A stretch of 64,000 nt of DNA. It comes from Octopus bimaculoides. Lineage: Eukaryota. Position numbers and translations under genes: made by a program. Each line of letters begins with the position of its first letter. Position 1 is the stretch's first letter. The stretch spans positions 157,234,720-157,298,719 of the forward strand of contig NC_068983.1 of NCBI RefSeq assembly GCF_001194135.2, read 5' to 3'. Positions 36,014 through 48,000 of the stretch are shown here, one piece after another. The notes under the pieces were generated by a model. The model worked only from the letters and a program-made list of their open reading frames with translations. It was not told the DNA's origin and did no database searches.

Positions 36014-36702
36014 NNNNNNNNNNNNNNNNNNNNNNNNNNNNNNNNNNNNNNNNNNNNNNNNNNNNNNNNNNNNNNNNNNNNNNNNNNNNNNNNNNNNNNN
36101 NNNNNNNNNNNNNNNNNNNNNNNNNNNNNNNNNNNNNNNNNNNNNNNNNNNNNNNNNNNNNNNNNNNNNNNNNNNNNNNNNNNNNNNNNNNNNNNNNNNN
36201 NNNNNNNNNNNNNNNNNNNNTATATATATCATTATCCTCATTGTTCAATGTCTGCCTTCTATGATGGCATGGGTGGGATGGTTTGACAGGAGCTGGCCAG
36301 ACAGCAGCCTGTACCAGACTTCTGTAACTGTTTTGGCAGCATTTTTACAGCTGAATGCCCATCCTAACACCAACCACTCAGCAAAGTGGACTTAGTGCAT
36401 TTTATGTGGCACAAGCACAGGCGAGGTCAGTTTTGACTAGGTTTTTACAGCTGGATGCCCTTCCAAATGCCAACCACTATACAGTGTGGACTGGGTACTT
36501 TTAAGTGATACCTGCACTGACAGGGTCACCAAGTACTTGTAAGACAAAAAAAAAACTCTTTTGAGAGGGGAGGGGGCATTGGAGGAGCTGGTCTTGTATC
36601 GAATGATGAAAGAGTGAGACAGAAACAGGTGGTTTGCTGTAGAAGAGGTACAAGGTTACCCAGCTGAAGAGAGAGAGAGAAAGAGAGATCGGGAATATAT
36701 AT

Positions 36703-37032
36703 ATGATCATCATCATTTAACGTCCGTTTTCCATGCTGGCATGGGTTGGACCAGTTTGACTGGGGACTGGCAAGCCAGGAGGCTGCACCAGGCTCCAATC
36801 TGATCTGGCAATGTTTCTACAGCTGGATGCCCGTCCTAATGCCAACCACTCTGAGAGCGTAGTGGGTGCTTTTTACATGCCACCGGCACGGGAGCCAGTC
36901 AGGCAGCACTGGCATCAACCATGTTTGGATGGTGCTTTTTACATGCTACTGACACAGGAGCAAGTCTGGGGGATGGGGGGGGGGCTGACATCGACCACGT
37001 TTAGATGGTGCTTTTTAAGTGCCACTGGTACA
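36703..37032 (-). mobile_element. RTE-type 3' end of the 746 subfamily
   Basis: (CAT)n TTTAACGTCCGTTTTCCATGCTGGCATGGG plus 66-bp-type units; ends at a gap. Confidence 0.78.
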
Positions 37033-37917
37033 NNNNNNNNNNNNNNNNNNNNNNNNNNNNNNNNNNNNNNNNNNNNNNNNNNNNNNNNNNNNNNNNNNNN
37101 NNNNNNNNNNNNNNNNNNNNNNNNNNNNNNNNNNNNNNNNNNNNNNNNNNNNNNNNNNNNNNNNNNNNNNNNNNNNNNNNNNNNNNNNNNNNNNNNNNNN
37201 NNNNNNNNNNNNNNNNNNNNNNNNNNNNNNNNNNNNNNNNNNNNNNNNNNNNNNNNNNNNNNNNNNNNNNNNNNNNNNNNNNNNNNNNNNNNNNNNNNNN
37301 NNNNNNNNNNNNNNNNNNNNNNNNNNNNNNNNNNNNNNNNNNNNNNNNNNNNNNNNNNNNNNNNNNNNNNNNNNNNNNNNNNNNNNNNNNNNNNNNNNNN
37401 NNNNNNNNNNNNNNNNNNNNNNNNNNNNNNNNNNNNNNNNNNNNNNNNNNNNNNNNNNNNNNNNNNNNNNNNNNNNNNNNNNNNNNNNNNNNNNNNNNNN
37501 NNNNNNNNNNNNNNNNNNNNNNNNNNNNNNNNNNNNNNNNNNNNNNNNNNNNNNNNNNNNNNNNNNNNNNNNNNNNNNNNNNNNNNNNNNNNNNNNNNNN
37601 NNNNNNNNNNNNNNNNNNNNNNNNNNNNNNNNNNNNNNNNNNNNNNNNNNNNNNNNNNNNNNNNNNNNNNNNNNNNNNNNNNNNNNNNNNNNNNNNNNNN
37701 NNNNNNNNNNNNNNNNNNNNNNNNNNNNNNNNNNNNNNNNNNNNNNNNNNNNNNNNNNNNNNNNNNNNNNNNNNNNNNNNNNNNNNNNNNNNNNNNNNNN
37801 NNNNNNNNNNNNNNNNNNNNNNNNNNNNNNNNNNNNNNNNNNNNNNNNNNNNNNNNNNNNNNNNNNNNNNNNNNNNNNNNNNNNNNNNNNNNNNNNNNNN
37901 NNNNNNNNNNNNNNNNN
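37033..37917. other. Assembly gap (N run); others at 14093, 33170, 36014, 39009, 40805, 47052, 53445 and 56029
   Basis: runs of N, usually bordered by microsatellites or young repeats. Confidence 1.
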
Positions 37918-38149
37918 TATATATATATATATATGTATGTATGTGTGTATGTGTTTGCCCCCCCCCCAACATTGCTTGACATCCGATGTTGGTGTGTTTA
38001 CGTCCCCGTAACTTAGCGGTTCGGCAAAAGAGACCGATAGAATAAGTACTAGGCTTACAAAGAATAAGTCCTGGGGTCGATTTGCTCGACTAAATGCGGT
38101 ACTCCAGCATGGCCACAGTCAAAAGACTGAAACAAGTAAAAGAGTAAAT

Positions 38150-38660
38150 CCAATGAAGCTACACAAAGATAGCCTCTATGCAGCATATAAGCTACTGGGA
38201 AAGACTCAAGAGATTAAGACTCTATTCCTTAGAGCAAAGACGAGAAAGATATGCCATAAAATACATCTGGAAAATCCTGGAGGGACTTATTCCAAACTTT
38301 TGGCATCCAGAGTTACACAAATACTAGAACAGGGTGCCACTGCATAGTACCAAATTTGCCATAGGACAAGATACTGCAACAGCCTGGGCTTCAGGAGCCA
38401 ACAGCTCTTCCATATTCTCCCAAAGGAACTGAGAGACCTGTATGGAGTAGATGTAGGTGTCTTCAAGATGAGGCTGGACCTCTTACTGTCAAGTGTCCCA
38501 GATAAACCAACTTCACAGCAGGAGGTGCAGATGAGGGCAGCGGCATCAAACTTTCTCATGCACCAAATGTCAATTTCTAAAAAGAATTAGTGAAGTAAAA
38601 TTATGTAGCAACACCAAATGGCAGTGCCCCAGCATGGCCACAGTTCATGAGCTGAAACCA
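38150..38660 (+). mobile_element. 3' end of a CR1/L2-group LINE (RT C-terminus plus 3' UTR)
   Basis: a frame reading LYSLEQRRERYAIKYIWKILEGLIPN; later degraded LFHILPKELRDL..VFKMRLDLLLSSVPD; tail CCCAGCATGGCCACAG..CTGAAAC. Confidence 0.7.
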
Positions 38661-38671
38661 AATCAAATCAA

Positions 38672-38706
<35 letters not shown>

Positions 38707-38709
38707 TAT

Positions 38710-39008
38710 ATAGGTGCAGGCATGGTTGTGTGGTACAACATTTGCTTCCCAACCACATGGTTCTGCGTTCAGTCTCACTGCGTAGCACTTTAGGTGTCTT
38801 CTGCTATAGCCTCGGGCTGACCAAAACCTTGTGAGTAGATTTGGTAGATGGAAACTGAAAGAAGCCTGTCATAGGTGTGTGTATATTTGAGTGTGTGTCT
38901 TTGTGTCTGTTTGTCCCCCCCCCCCATCACTTGACAACCGATGTTGGTGTGTTTACGTCCATGTAACTTAGCGGTTTGGCAAAAAGACCAATAGAATAAG
39001 TATTAGGC
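38710..39008 (+). mobile_element. tRNA-SINE copy running into a gap; its 3' half also occurs at about 37945..38148
   Basis: GGTGCAGGCATGGTTGTGTGG...GAAACTGAAAGAAGCC. Confidence 0.78.
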
Positions 39009-39639
39009 NNNNNNNNNNNNNNNNNNNNNNNNNNNNNNNNNNNNNNNNNNNNNNNNNNNNNNNNNNNNNNNNNNNNNNNNNNNNNNNNNNNNNNNNNNNN
39101 NNNNNNNNNNNNNNNNNNNNNNNNNNNNNNNNNNNNNNNNNNNNNNNNNNNNNNNNNNNNNNNNNNNNNNNNNNNNNNNNNNNNNNNNNNNNNNNNNNNN
39201 NNNNNNNNNNNNNNNNNNNNNNNNNNNNNNNNNNNNNNNNNNNNNNNNNNNNNNNNNNNNNNNNNNNNNNNNNNNNNNNNNNNNNNNNNNNNNNNNNNNN
39301 NNNNNNNNNNNNNNNNNNNNNNNNNNNNNNNNNNNNNNNNNNNNNNNNNNNNNNNNNNNNNNNNNNNNNNNNNNNNNNNNNNNNNNNNNNNNNNNNNNNN
39401 NNNNNNNNNNNNNNNNNNNNNNNNNNNNNNNNNNNNNNNNNNNNNNNNNNNNNNNNNNNNNNNNNNNNNNNNNNNNNNNNNNNNNNNNNNNNNNNNNNNN
39501 NNNNNNNNNNNNNNNNGGGGGGGGGGGGAGGACAAACAGACACACGCAGCTCTAAATCAGAGCTCAGTTTCCCTGAGGTGAACAAATCTTAAGAACCGCA
39601 TATCACCAGTCATCCCAGTCCTTTGTCATCACCTCCAGT

Positions 39640-39900
39640 GTAGTTCATGGTCCTGGGATAGCCGCCACCACTTCATTCCATGTCTTCCTAGGTCTACCTC
39701 TTCAGTAAGCTCCACCCACATCAAGTGATCGACACTTCATTATATAGCTATCTCCATCCATATGCATCACATATCCATACCAGTGCAGTCTTCTTTCTTG
39801 CAGACTACATATGATTCCTTTTGCGACCAGTTTTTCTCTCAGCACATTTGTACAATATCTTTCAAGCATACTTGCACAACAAATCCAACACAATATGCAT
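39640..39900 (-). mobile_element. Degenerate RTE LINE RT C-terminal fragment
   Basis: LREKL..ERRLHWYGYVMHMD..KCRSLDVGG, followed after a stop by RPRKTWNEV. Confidence 0.75.
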
Positions 39901-41401
39901 GCTTCATTTGTTTATAGTCACCTAAAATGCTCTGCCGTTCAAGGCCCACATCTCCTTACCATGCAGTTCTAACATATAAGTGTTATACACTCTACCCTTC
40001 ATGTGAGTGATTTTGTATTTTTTTTTTTTTCGTTGGCTTTACATGTGTTCGCAGACTGTAAACAAAACTATCTCATTATCAAAACAGATGGTGTCATAGT
40101 CGACTGCGAAAGTACGTCTGGGCTTCTTCGTAAACAAAAAGGCCCATAACTATATCTAGGCTATTATTTGATAGACTAGAGGAATATCACCTTCCTTGGA
40201 AACGGGTGAGGGTTGGTGACACAAAATGTATCTGACTGTAGAATATCTGATTCAACGAATTCTGTTTGACTCATATAAGCACGGAAAAAATGAATAGCAA
40301 AACGATAGCCATAAATCTCCCTAGACAACCCATTTTATCACCTTTCCAATCTGCTCCTCTCTTTCTCATTAACCCCTGACACTATCTCTTCTCTTTCTCC
40401 TGTCCCTTCCATATTTCCTACCCCAAGTATCTACTTCGTTACTCTCTCCACAACCATCCTCTCATAATAAATTTACTCCTCTCTTCATATTTTACCGTCA
40501 CACCACCCGTCTAGAATCATCGCATCTTTGTCTCTTTCAGTTGGAGAAGCCTCATTAAGTTCGTTGACTAGCAAGTTGCAAAGCCAGCCCGTTGCTGGTG
40601 TCATGAAAAAAAAAAAAAATTAAGCATCCAGTACACTGTAAAGTGGCTGATGCTATGAAAGGTATTCAGCCGTTGAAACCCTGTTAAAGCTGACACTGGA
40701 ACACGACATAGTCCTCCGACTGGTCGGTTTCTTTCGAACCGTCCAACCCATACTAGCATGGAAGAGGCAGATAAATATACATATATATATATATATATAT
40801 ATANNNNNNNNNNATGTATTCTACAACCGTCCGAAATAACAAAAGAAAACTGCATGGATGGATTTGAAAGCAATATTGACAGTTCTGTAAACATCACGTT
40901 TTTGGTGAAACATTTAAGAACTTGCAGACTGAAGGAAGGAGAAATATAGATAATACAAATCATACAACAAAACTGAATTAATGATTTTTTTTAAAATGAC
41001 AGAAAATATTTGATTTTCGCTCTCAAGAACCAAAAAGAGAAAAAAAAAAAGAACATAATGACTAACCAGAATATCTCGGTGGTAAACTCCCTCCTTATAT
41101 TGTTGTGCTTATTAGTCGAAAGCAGGCCGATATGGTATCACATCGTTTTCAAAAGACAATTAAGTTGGATTAAACGATTAAAAGTAGGTCACAATAACCA
41201 AATGTTATAGGGTAAATAGATCTAAAACAGTACTCCATTTTATTGCTAGCTTATAATGCAATCTAGCAAAATTAAATGGTTGCTGCTCATCTACAACATT
41301 CAGTGCGGAGCTAATGAATAAACCTGAATTGTAATATCTATGGATAACCAAAATTGATATTAACTACATATTTATTAGGAAAACAGCTGATTTAAACCAT
41401 T

Positions 41402-41432
<31 letters not shown>

Positions 41433-42244
41433 ATATTTATGTATGTATGTATATATTTAAATATGTATATATATATGTGTACGTATGTATTATTGTAAAG
41501 TGACTCATGTGCCTAGATTTTAGTTCCATAGCACTTGTCTAACTTGTCATTTGATTAGTGTTTTAGCACAAAAATCTTACTCACTTACAGAGCTTCAGTA
41601 CTATGTGTGTGTGTGTGTGCGTGCGTGCATATGTCTGTGTAGACATGCACGATAATGGAATTTCAGGGTAATCTTTGACTAAAGCGGCGTCAATTAAGTT
41701 AGAGTCTATAATATTGAAGTCATTATAATTTTACTATCCTGAACTAACGAAACAAATGAATAAACGCTTCTAAATAGATTATTATATGTGCAAATTTCTA
41801 TTTTTATTTCAACACATTAATAATTTAATTAACTTAAGCTAGCATTGTTGGAAACAACATATTTTTCATGTAAAAAGAAAATACTTTCGAAAAGTTTGAT
41901 TAGTTATTCAAAATTTTCCGGGAGAGGAATTTATGATTTTGAGATGTATGTCTGTCCCGGCAAAAAAATGTAAAATTATTCATTTTGGTCATTCAGGATA
42001 GCCAATTATTTTTGTACATTCCCCATTATTGTCAGTTCTAATTGCTACCGCTTTCATCCTTGACTACCTCTATTGAGTTCTATTTCTTCTGTTTGCATTA
42101 CCAAATTTGTGTATGTGCCTGCATAGTCACTGGACTACACCCATGAAATCTCGTGCTTATCCTATTGCTGAACCGCTAGTTGAAGGGGGCATTTGTCTCC
42201 CACGCCGTTTATCAAGTGGTAACGGGAAACAAATTCACACACAC

Positions 42245-42575
42245 ATACGTGTATACGATAGGCTTCTTTCAGTTTCTACCTACCAAATCCACTCACAAGG
42301 CTTTGGTCAACCCAGGGCTATAGACGGAGACACTTGCTTGAGATCCCATGCAGTTGGACTAAATCCGAAACCACGAATGTATGTAAATATAATGAGCAAT
42401 AAAAAGGACAACACGAATGGAACAAAGTTTGACAGGCGCAGGCGTGGCTGTGTGGTAAGCAGCTCGCTTCCCAACCATATAGTTCAGTCAAACCGTGTGA
42501 TATTTGGGCAAGTGCTTTTTACTATAACCTCGGGCCGACTAAAACATGAGTGGATTTGGTAGACGGAAACTGAAA
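42245..42575. mobile_element. Two tRNA-SINE 5' halves in divergent orientation
   Basis: minus copy at about 42245..42375, plus copy GGCGCAGGCGTGGCTGTGTGGTAAG at about 42435..42575; further copies near 1390, 43130, 46255, 51295, 53600, 61340 and 63140. Confidence 0.75.
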
Positions 42576-43507
42576 GAATGGCCAGTCTACTGACTGTAAC
42601 AAATAAAAGATGGAAAGAGAAAATGTCTTGACTTATTGGTTGTTAGTCCTTCATTAGAAGAAAGGCACTGGGAAGTCATGAGAAAGAGATACAGATTTCT
42701 ATAAAAATAGTGAAAAGTTATTAACCAAATGGGAATACTGTTCAAGGGGTGAGGGACTAAGAAAGGAGGAATGGGTGGGTGTGTAGAAGCAAGTATAAGA
42801 GTATGTCTTTGTAAGTAGCCTAAGAGAGTGTGATGTGTGTGTATTATGAGAGTGTAAGAGCACGCACGTGTGCGCGTGAGTCTGGGAACAAGATCTTAAA
42901 TGATTTGTTGTTATTTTTCAACATTAGTTCTTATTTGTAGATTTTTATAGGACTTAAGTTTTGAAAATTCTCTAAACACACAAAATAAATTTCAATTCCT
43001 TCATCCACTAGACGCCTCCTCAAGTGCAAAGTCTACATTCTCTTTTGTTACTCATGCTATAATACATATTCCTTCACTTTAAACTCCAAATGTATTCTGT
43101 AAATGATGTATTTTTATTGTATATTTAATTTCTGTCCATCAAATTCACTCACAAAACTTTGGTCAGTCCGAGACTGTAGTGGTTAGGAAGCAAGCTTCTT
43201 ACCACGCAGACACATCATAATTTTTTTATTCATGCATATTAGAGCATTTCTTAAAAGGGTTTGGTGTGGAATTAATATAATTAATACTACTTGGTACTTT
43301 GGGTAATGGTACCTAATTGTAGACAATGTTACTGATAAAGTCACCTACAAGAGGACACTGCAAGACTAATCTAAAGTTACATGAAGGTAAGCTAATCTTA
43401 GGGAGTCACTGAGGGCTAAGCCATTATTTTTCCTTTTCCAAATTATCACTGGTACTATTCTATTGTTTTCCCCCCTTTTTCTTAAAATTTATATTAATGT
43501 CTCTAGT

Positions 43508-43843
43508 ATTCCGCCGAGGTCGACTTTAACTTCAAACTTTCGGGGTCAATAAAATGAGTACCAGTTGAGCACTGGGTCAACTGGTACTCCTCCAAACTTC
43601 TTGCACCAAAATTTGAAATCAATATTAATGTCTCTAGTTATGGCGGCGAGCTGTCAGAATCGTTAGCACACCAGGAAAAATGCTTAATGGCATTTGCTCC
43701 GTCTGAATTCAAATTCTGCCGAGGTCGACTTGCCTTTTGGAGTCGATAAATACCAGTTGAATCCTGGTATATCTATTTATAATCTACCTACTTACCTATC
43801 ACTCCCACAAAATTGCTGGCTTTGTACTAAAATTTGAAAATAT
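43508..43843 (+). mobile_element. Third SINE family (probably Ceph-domain type): a truncated copy and a near-full copy in tandem
   Basis: GGCGGCGAGCTG.CAGAATCGTTAGC..TTCAAATTC.GCCGAGGTCGACTT; separated and flanked by three 16-bp direct repeats; fragments also near 7480..7730 and 57720..57790. Confidence 0.72.
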
Positions 43844-45054
43844 TATTCATGTCTCTAGTTTTATTCTTGCGATTGTTTCTATTATTGTTTTTAGTGGAAT
43901 CAAGAATGTCACTAACTGGGGAAAGTTCTATTTTATGTTAGGGTTTGTATGAGTAAAATTATTATTATTCCTCCCCTAATCTGTGAATAGTTAGTGTTAC
44001 CTATCCTCAAGAGATTGTGGAGTGGTTCACCTAACCAGTGTTTTCTATACCTTTACTCTCAGGTTGAGTGGTTACAGGGATGGTTAGGTCACTATTGCTT
44101 TTATTTCTGGTATAATTAGCCTTAGAATAGTAGGACTTTTACTTATGTCCAGTTTTCACTGGTTTGTAAATAAAATATTAAAGAGATAAATAACAGTGCT
44201 GTTTTTGCCTGTAATTAATTTACCCCAGTGTACATGTTAAGTTTAGAGATACTGGAATAGTACACATTAACTCTTTCTTCTGCACCTTCATCAACTGTTT
44301 TAAATGCCCTCTTTGCGGAGGCTTTATACATTAACAAAGCTGATCGCCATTTAGTGGGCTCAAGACGTCTCCAAAAAAAAAAAAAGTTTTGTCACTTCTG
44401 CTCAAACTACTCCACACAGTATCTTACTGTATTCGACTTGGCCTTACAAAATGGATCCACATCTAGACTTTGCATGGAACGTTTCATATTTTCTCTACAA
44501 ACTCATACACCATTTAGTCTTAACTTATACACTAATCTACTGCCAGGTTCTTGAACAATTCTCTCTCTACCTCATTCCATTTCTCTTAATTAGTCTTATT
44601 CTTTCTTTCTTCTGCATACATACATATTTATTTGCACACACACACATACATGAATGCATTTACAAATAAGTTGACATTAATCTACTTACACTTTTATATA
44701 AAGACTTACGTACATCTTTAAATACATTTTCACATGGATATAATTATGTATATGCATGTATCTAAATGTGCACGTGCATGTACACACGCACTCAGTCGAT
44801 CTTTTTAACCTAACACGCAAACACACACAATACCTCCTATATAAACATTGTTTAATCTCTAACACTGTCACAAACACACACATGCTGCTTGTAACCCTTA
44901 TATATATACACATACACACTATACATGATCTTCACACATACACCAAGCACTCGCTTGTTATTGAAAACCATAATTATCTTTCACACTTTCATTTAGTCAG
45001 AGACTGAACAAGAGTTATCCAAGCGATTTTCTTTTTTCCTGGACTTTTCTTTGT

Positions 45055-45089
45055 GTATCTGACAAAGGATCATGTCCAAAACGTTATAC
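45055..45089 (+). other. Decayed minimal hammerhead-ribozyme-like motif of PLE type
   Basis: GTAT-CTGACAA-A-GGA-tcatg-TCC-AAAAC-GTT-ATAC; stems I and II pair, but G8 and G12 are replaced by A. Confidence 0.45.
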
Positions 45090-48000
45090 TTTTAATCCAT
45101 AGCTTTTCCCCCTTTTTTGAGCTTCAACCTAATATTAACCATGAACAGCCTTTTGACTTTTGTTATTGATTTACTACAAATCGTAGTCATGGCCATTGCC
45201 AGTGTCATGTAAATAGTACTCATGCTGGTGGCACGTAAAAAACATCCATTACTCTTGGAGTGGTGGCATTAGGAAGGGCATCCAGCCGTAGAACCCATGC
45301 CAAATCAGAACCTGGTGCAGCTCTCGGCTTACCAGTTACAGTCAAACCGTCTAACTCATGCTAGCATGGAAAATGGATGTTAAACGATGATGAAGATGAT
45401 GATGATGATATCATTTTAACGTTCATTTTTTTCATGCTTGCATGGGTTAAAGTTTACAGGAGGCAGATTTTCTACAACCGGATGTCTTTTCTGTCGCCAA
45501 ACCTCACCTCTTTCTAAGTAGCTGGTATTTACTCATAGACAAGCATGTCCTCGCAGAATATTGGAAATGAATGTCACTTCTTGTATAACAGTAACAACCA
45601 TTTTACAACTAACACGTCAAAACAAAGAGACATAAATACATACATGCATTCACATACATATATAGATTGGAGCTTGGTGTTGCCATCCGGTTTCACCAGT
45701 CCTCAGTCAAATCGTCCAACCCATGCTAGCATGGAAAGCGGATGTTAAACGATGATGATGATATATATATATATATGTATGTATGTATGTATAACAATTA
45801 AGGTAATTTTACTCTTTAATCTTTATAAGGGAGAATCTAAAAGAATCAAATCAACATAGTGAAACATGGAATAAAATGGTACACGTCTTTATAGAATATA
45901 TAATGATGTTTGCAATGACTGAAATATACAAGTGACTATCTCCCTTTCACTTGTTAATACCTGCAAAAAATCAGTCATTTTTATTGTAGCAAATACAGAG
46001 TGACAATTCACAATCACCATTTAAATAACTCAAATCTTAAACTAGATTTTCATACATCAGTAAGACTCAACTTAAACCCACACAGACAACCTAGATTGCA
46101 TTCAACAAATTAGCTGTGATTCATTCACCAACATGCTGCAATCATTAGCCTAGTTTTCTCTCTCTGCTGTTCTGTTAACATACCTATTTCCACCACTTAC
46201 CAAGGACAACAACCCTTAGGAATTGTATCCATGCAAGCATTTATCCATAGACTATATAACAGGCTTCTTTCAGTTTCCATCTATCACATCCCCTCACAAG
46301 GCATTGGTCAGGCTGGGGCCATAGTAGAAGACACTTGCCAAAGACACCACACAGTGGAACTGAATCTGAGACTATGTGGTCATGGTTAGAAAGCAAACTT
46401 TTTAACACACCAACACATTTGTGACTCTCCTACTCTGATTCAATTTAATAAATTTAAAAGATTTTTAAAAATTCATTTCTTACTAGCTTCATCCGTCAGT
46501 AATTGTATATGCAAGAAATTTCAATTAAGAAATTAAATTATTCAACGATAAGACCCAGAATGATATAATAAAATTTATTATCATTAAAAAGAAGGAAAAT
46601 CTTCCATAAGCACACAAATCAAAGCTCACAGAGCTGAATATTTTAAATGACAACCCTATACATTAAAAAGATTGAAAGAATCAACAGCAGATGAGACATG
46701 GCAAAACTAAGTTTGTCAACACACACGCACAAAAAAAAAAAAGCAATAAATACAATTTCAATTACATTTAAATGTTATTCCCGAATTATGAGTTTTATAA
46801 TGAATTTCAAATAATATATTTTAACACTTCATTTAGAACTTAATATGTACACAGTCAACGCAAATGATTAGCATGAATAACCTAAGACTATGGCCTGCCA
46901 AAATATAAATTGGTTTTAATATTTGGATAATGGAAGATGCTATCTCTATGTTTTTCACTTAGTCATGCAAAGCTAGTACGATGAGTAGAACTGCAAGGCT
47001 GGAGAGGAATGAACTGAGTACAGTCAGTAGAATGCACAATGTTTAAATTATNNNNNNNNNNNNNNNNNNNNNNNNNNNNNNNNNNNNNNNNNNNNNNNNN
47101 NNNNNNNNNNNNNNNNNNNNNNNNNNNNNNNNNGGGGGGAATTCAGCACAAGTTGAGAAAGCAGCTGGGCATGAAAGGCACTGTCCAATGCATGCAGGGA
47201 AAAGTGCATGCATTGGTATAAATATGTAATATGCAAATGGAAGACGTGCTGGGTGCAGGAGCAGGGAATATGGTAAAAGTATTAATAAGGAAGACTTGGG
47301 AAGTAGTTGCTAAGTCTTGCATGAGAAATGCAAGCCTCCACACACTGGGGATGATGCAGGATTTAAGACAAAAACATTGCAAACCAATCCAATCCATACT
47401 TGCAAGAGAAAGTTGTTTTGTTAAATTTAGCTAATACATAATTCCTCAAACTATCATATCTTTGCTAAGAATTCTCTATTTTCCTTACTACACTTATCAC
47501 AATAAAGATATTTCAAATCTTTAATCATTCTTATTCAAAGTAATATTATTGTAATTTTTATTATTGCCTAACAATTGACTTCAGTTAAAAAAAAAAGTGC
47601 TACATATGAAACACATTTTTGGGAAATATGCCAAACAAATAAATATAGCAGTACTTTTAATAAGGCGAAAAAAAAAAAGAAAAAAAAAAGTTATTCTATC
47701 AGGAATAATACATAATTGAGATTTGTTTCAGTTTCAATACTTCTATTTTCACAAATGACCTGTCGATATGTAAACATATTCCATCAATTTGTTAAAAAAT
47801 TAATGAAACTTATTGTAATTAAAATAAATTACTTATTTATAATTATAAATAATACACAGCAAGCTTAGGACTCTAAAGCACCAAGACATCCAGAGTTGAA
47901 GCTAAGTTGCACTAAGCCCCACATCCAAGCCAACCGCATCGTTCTGTTGACCCAGTAACTGCTATCAATCGTGTTTCATGTGATGAGTGGAAGGGCATGT

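Noticed and set aside
35949-39585. Long ORFs of 76-401 aa dominated by X (also 47039-47236, 53386-53736 and 55871-56960)
   Set aside because: They are artefacts of translating N gaps.
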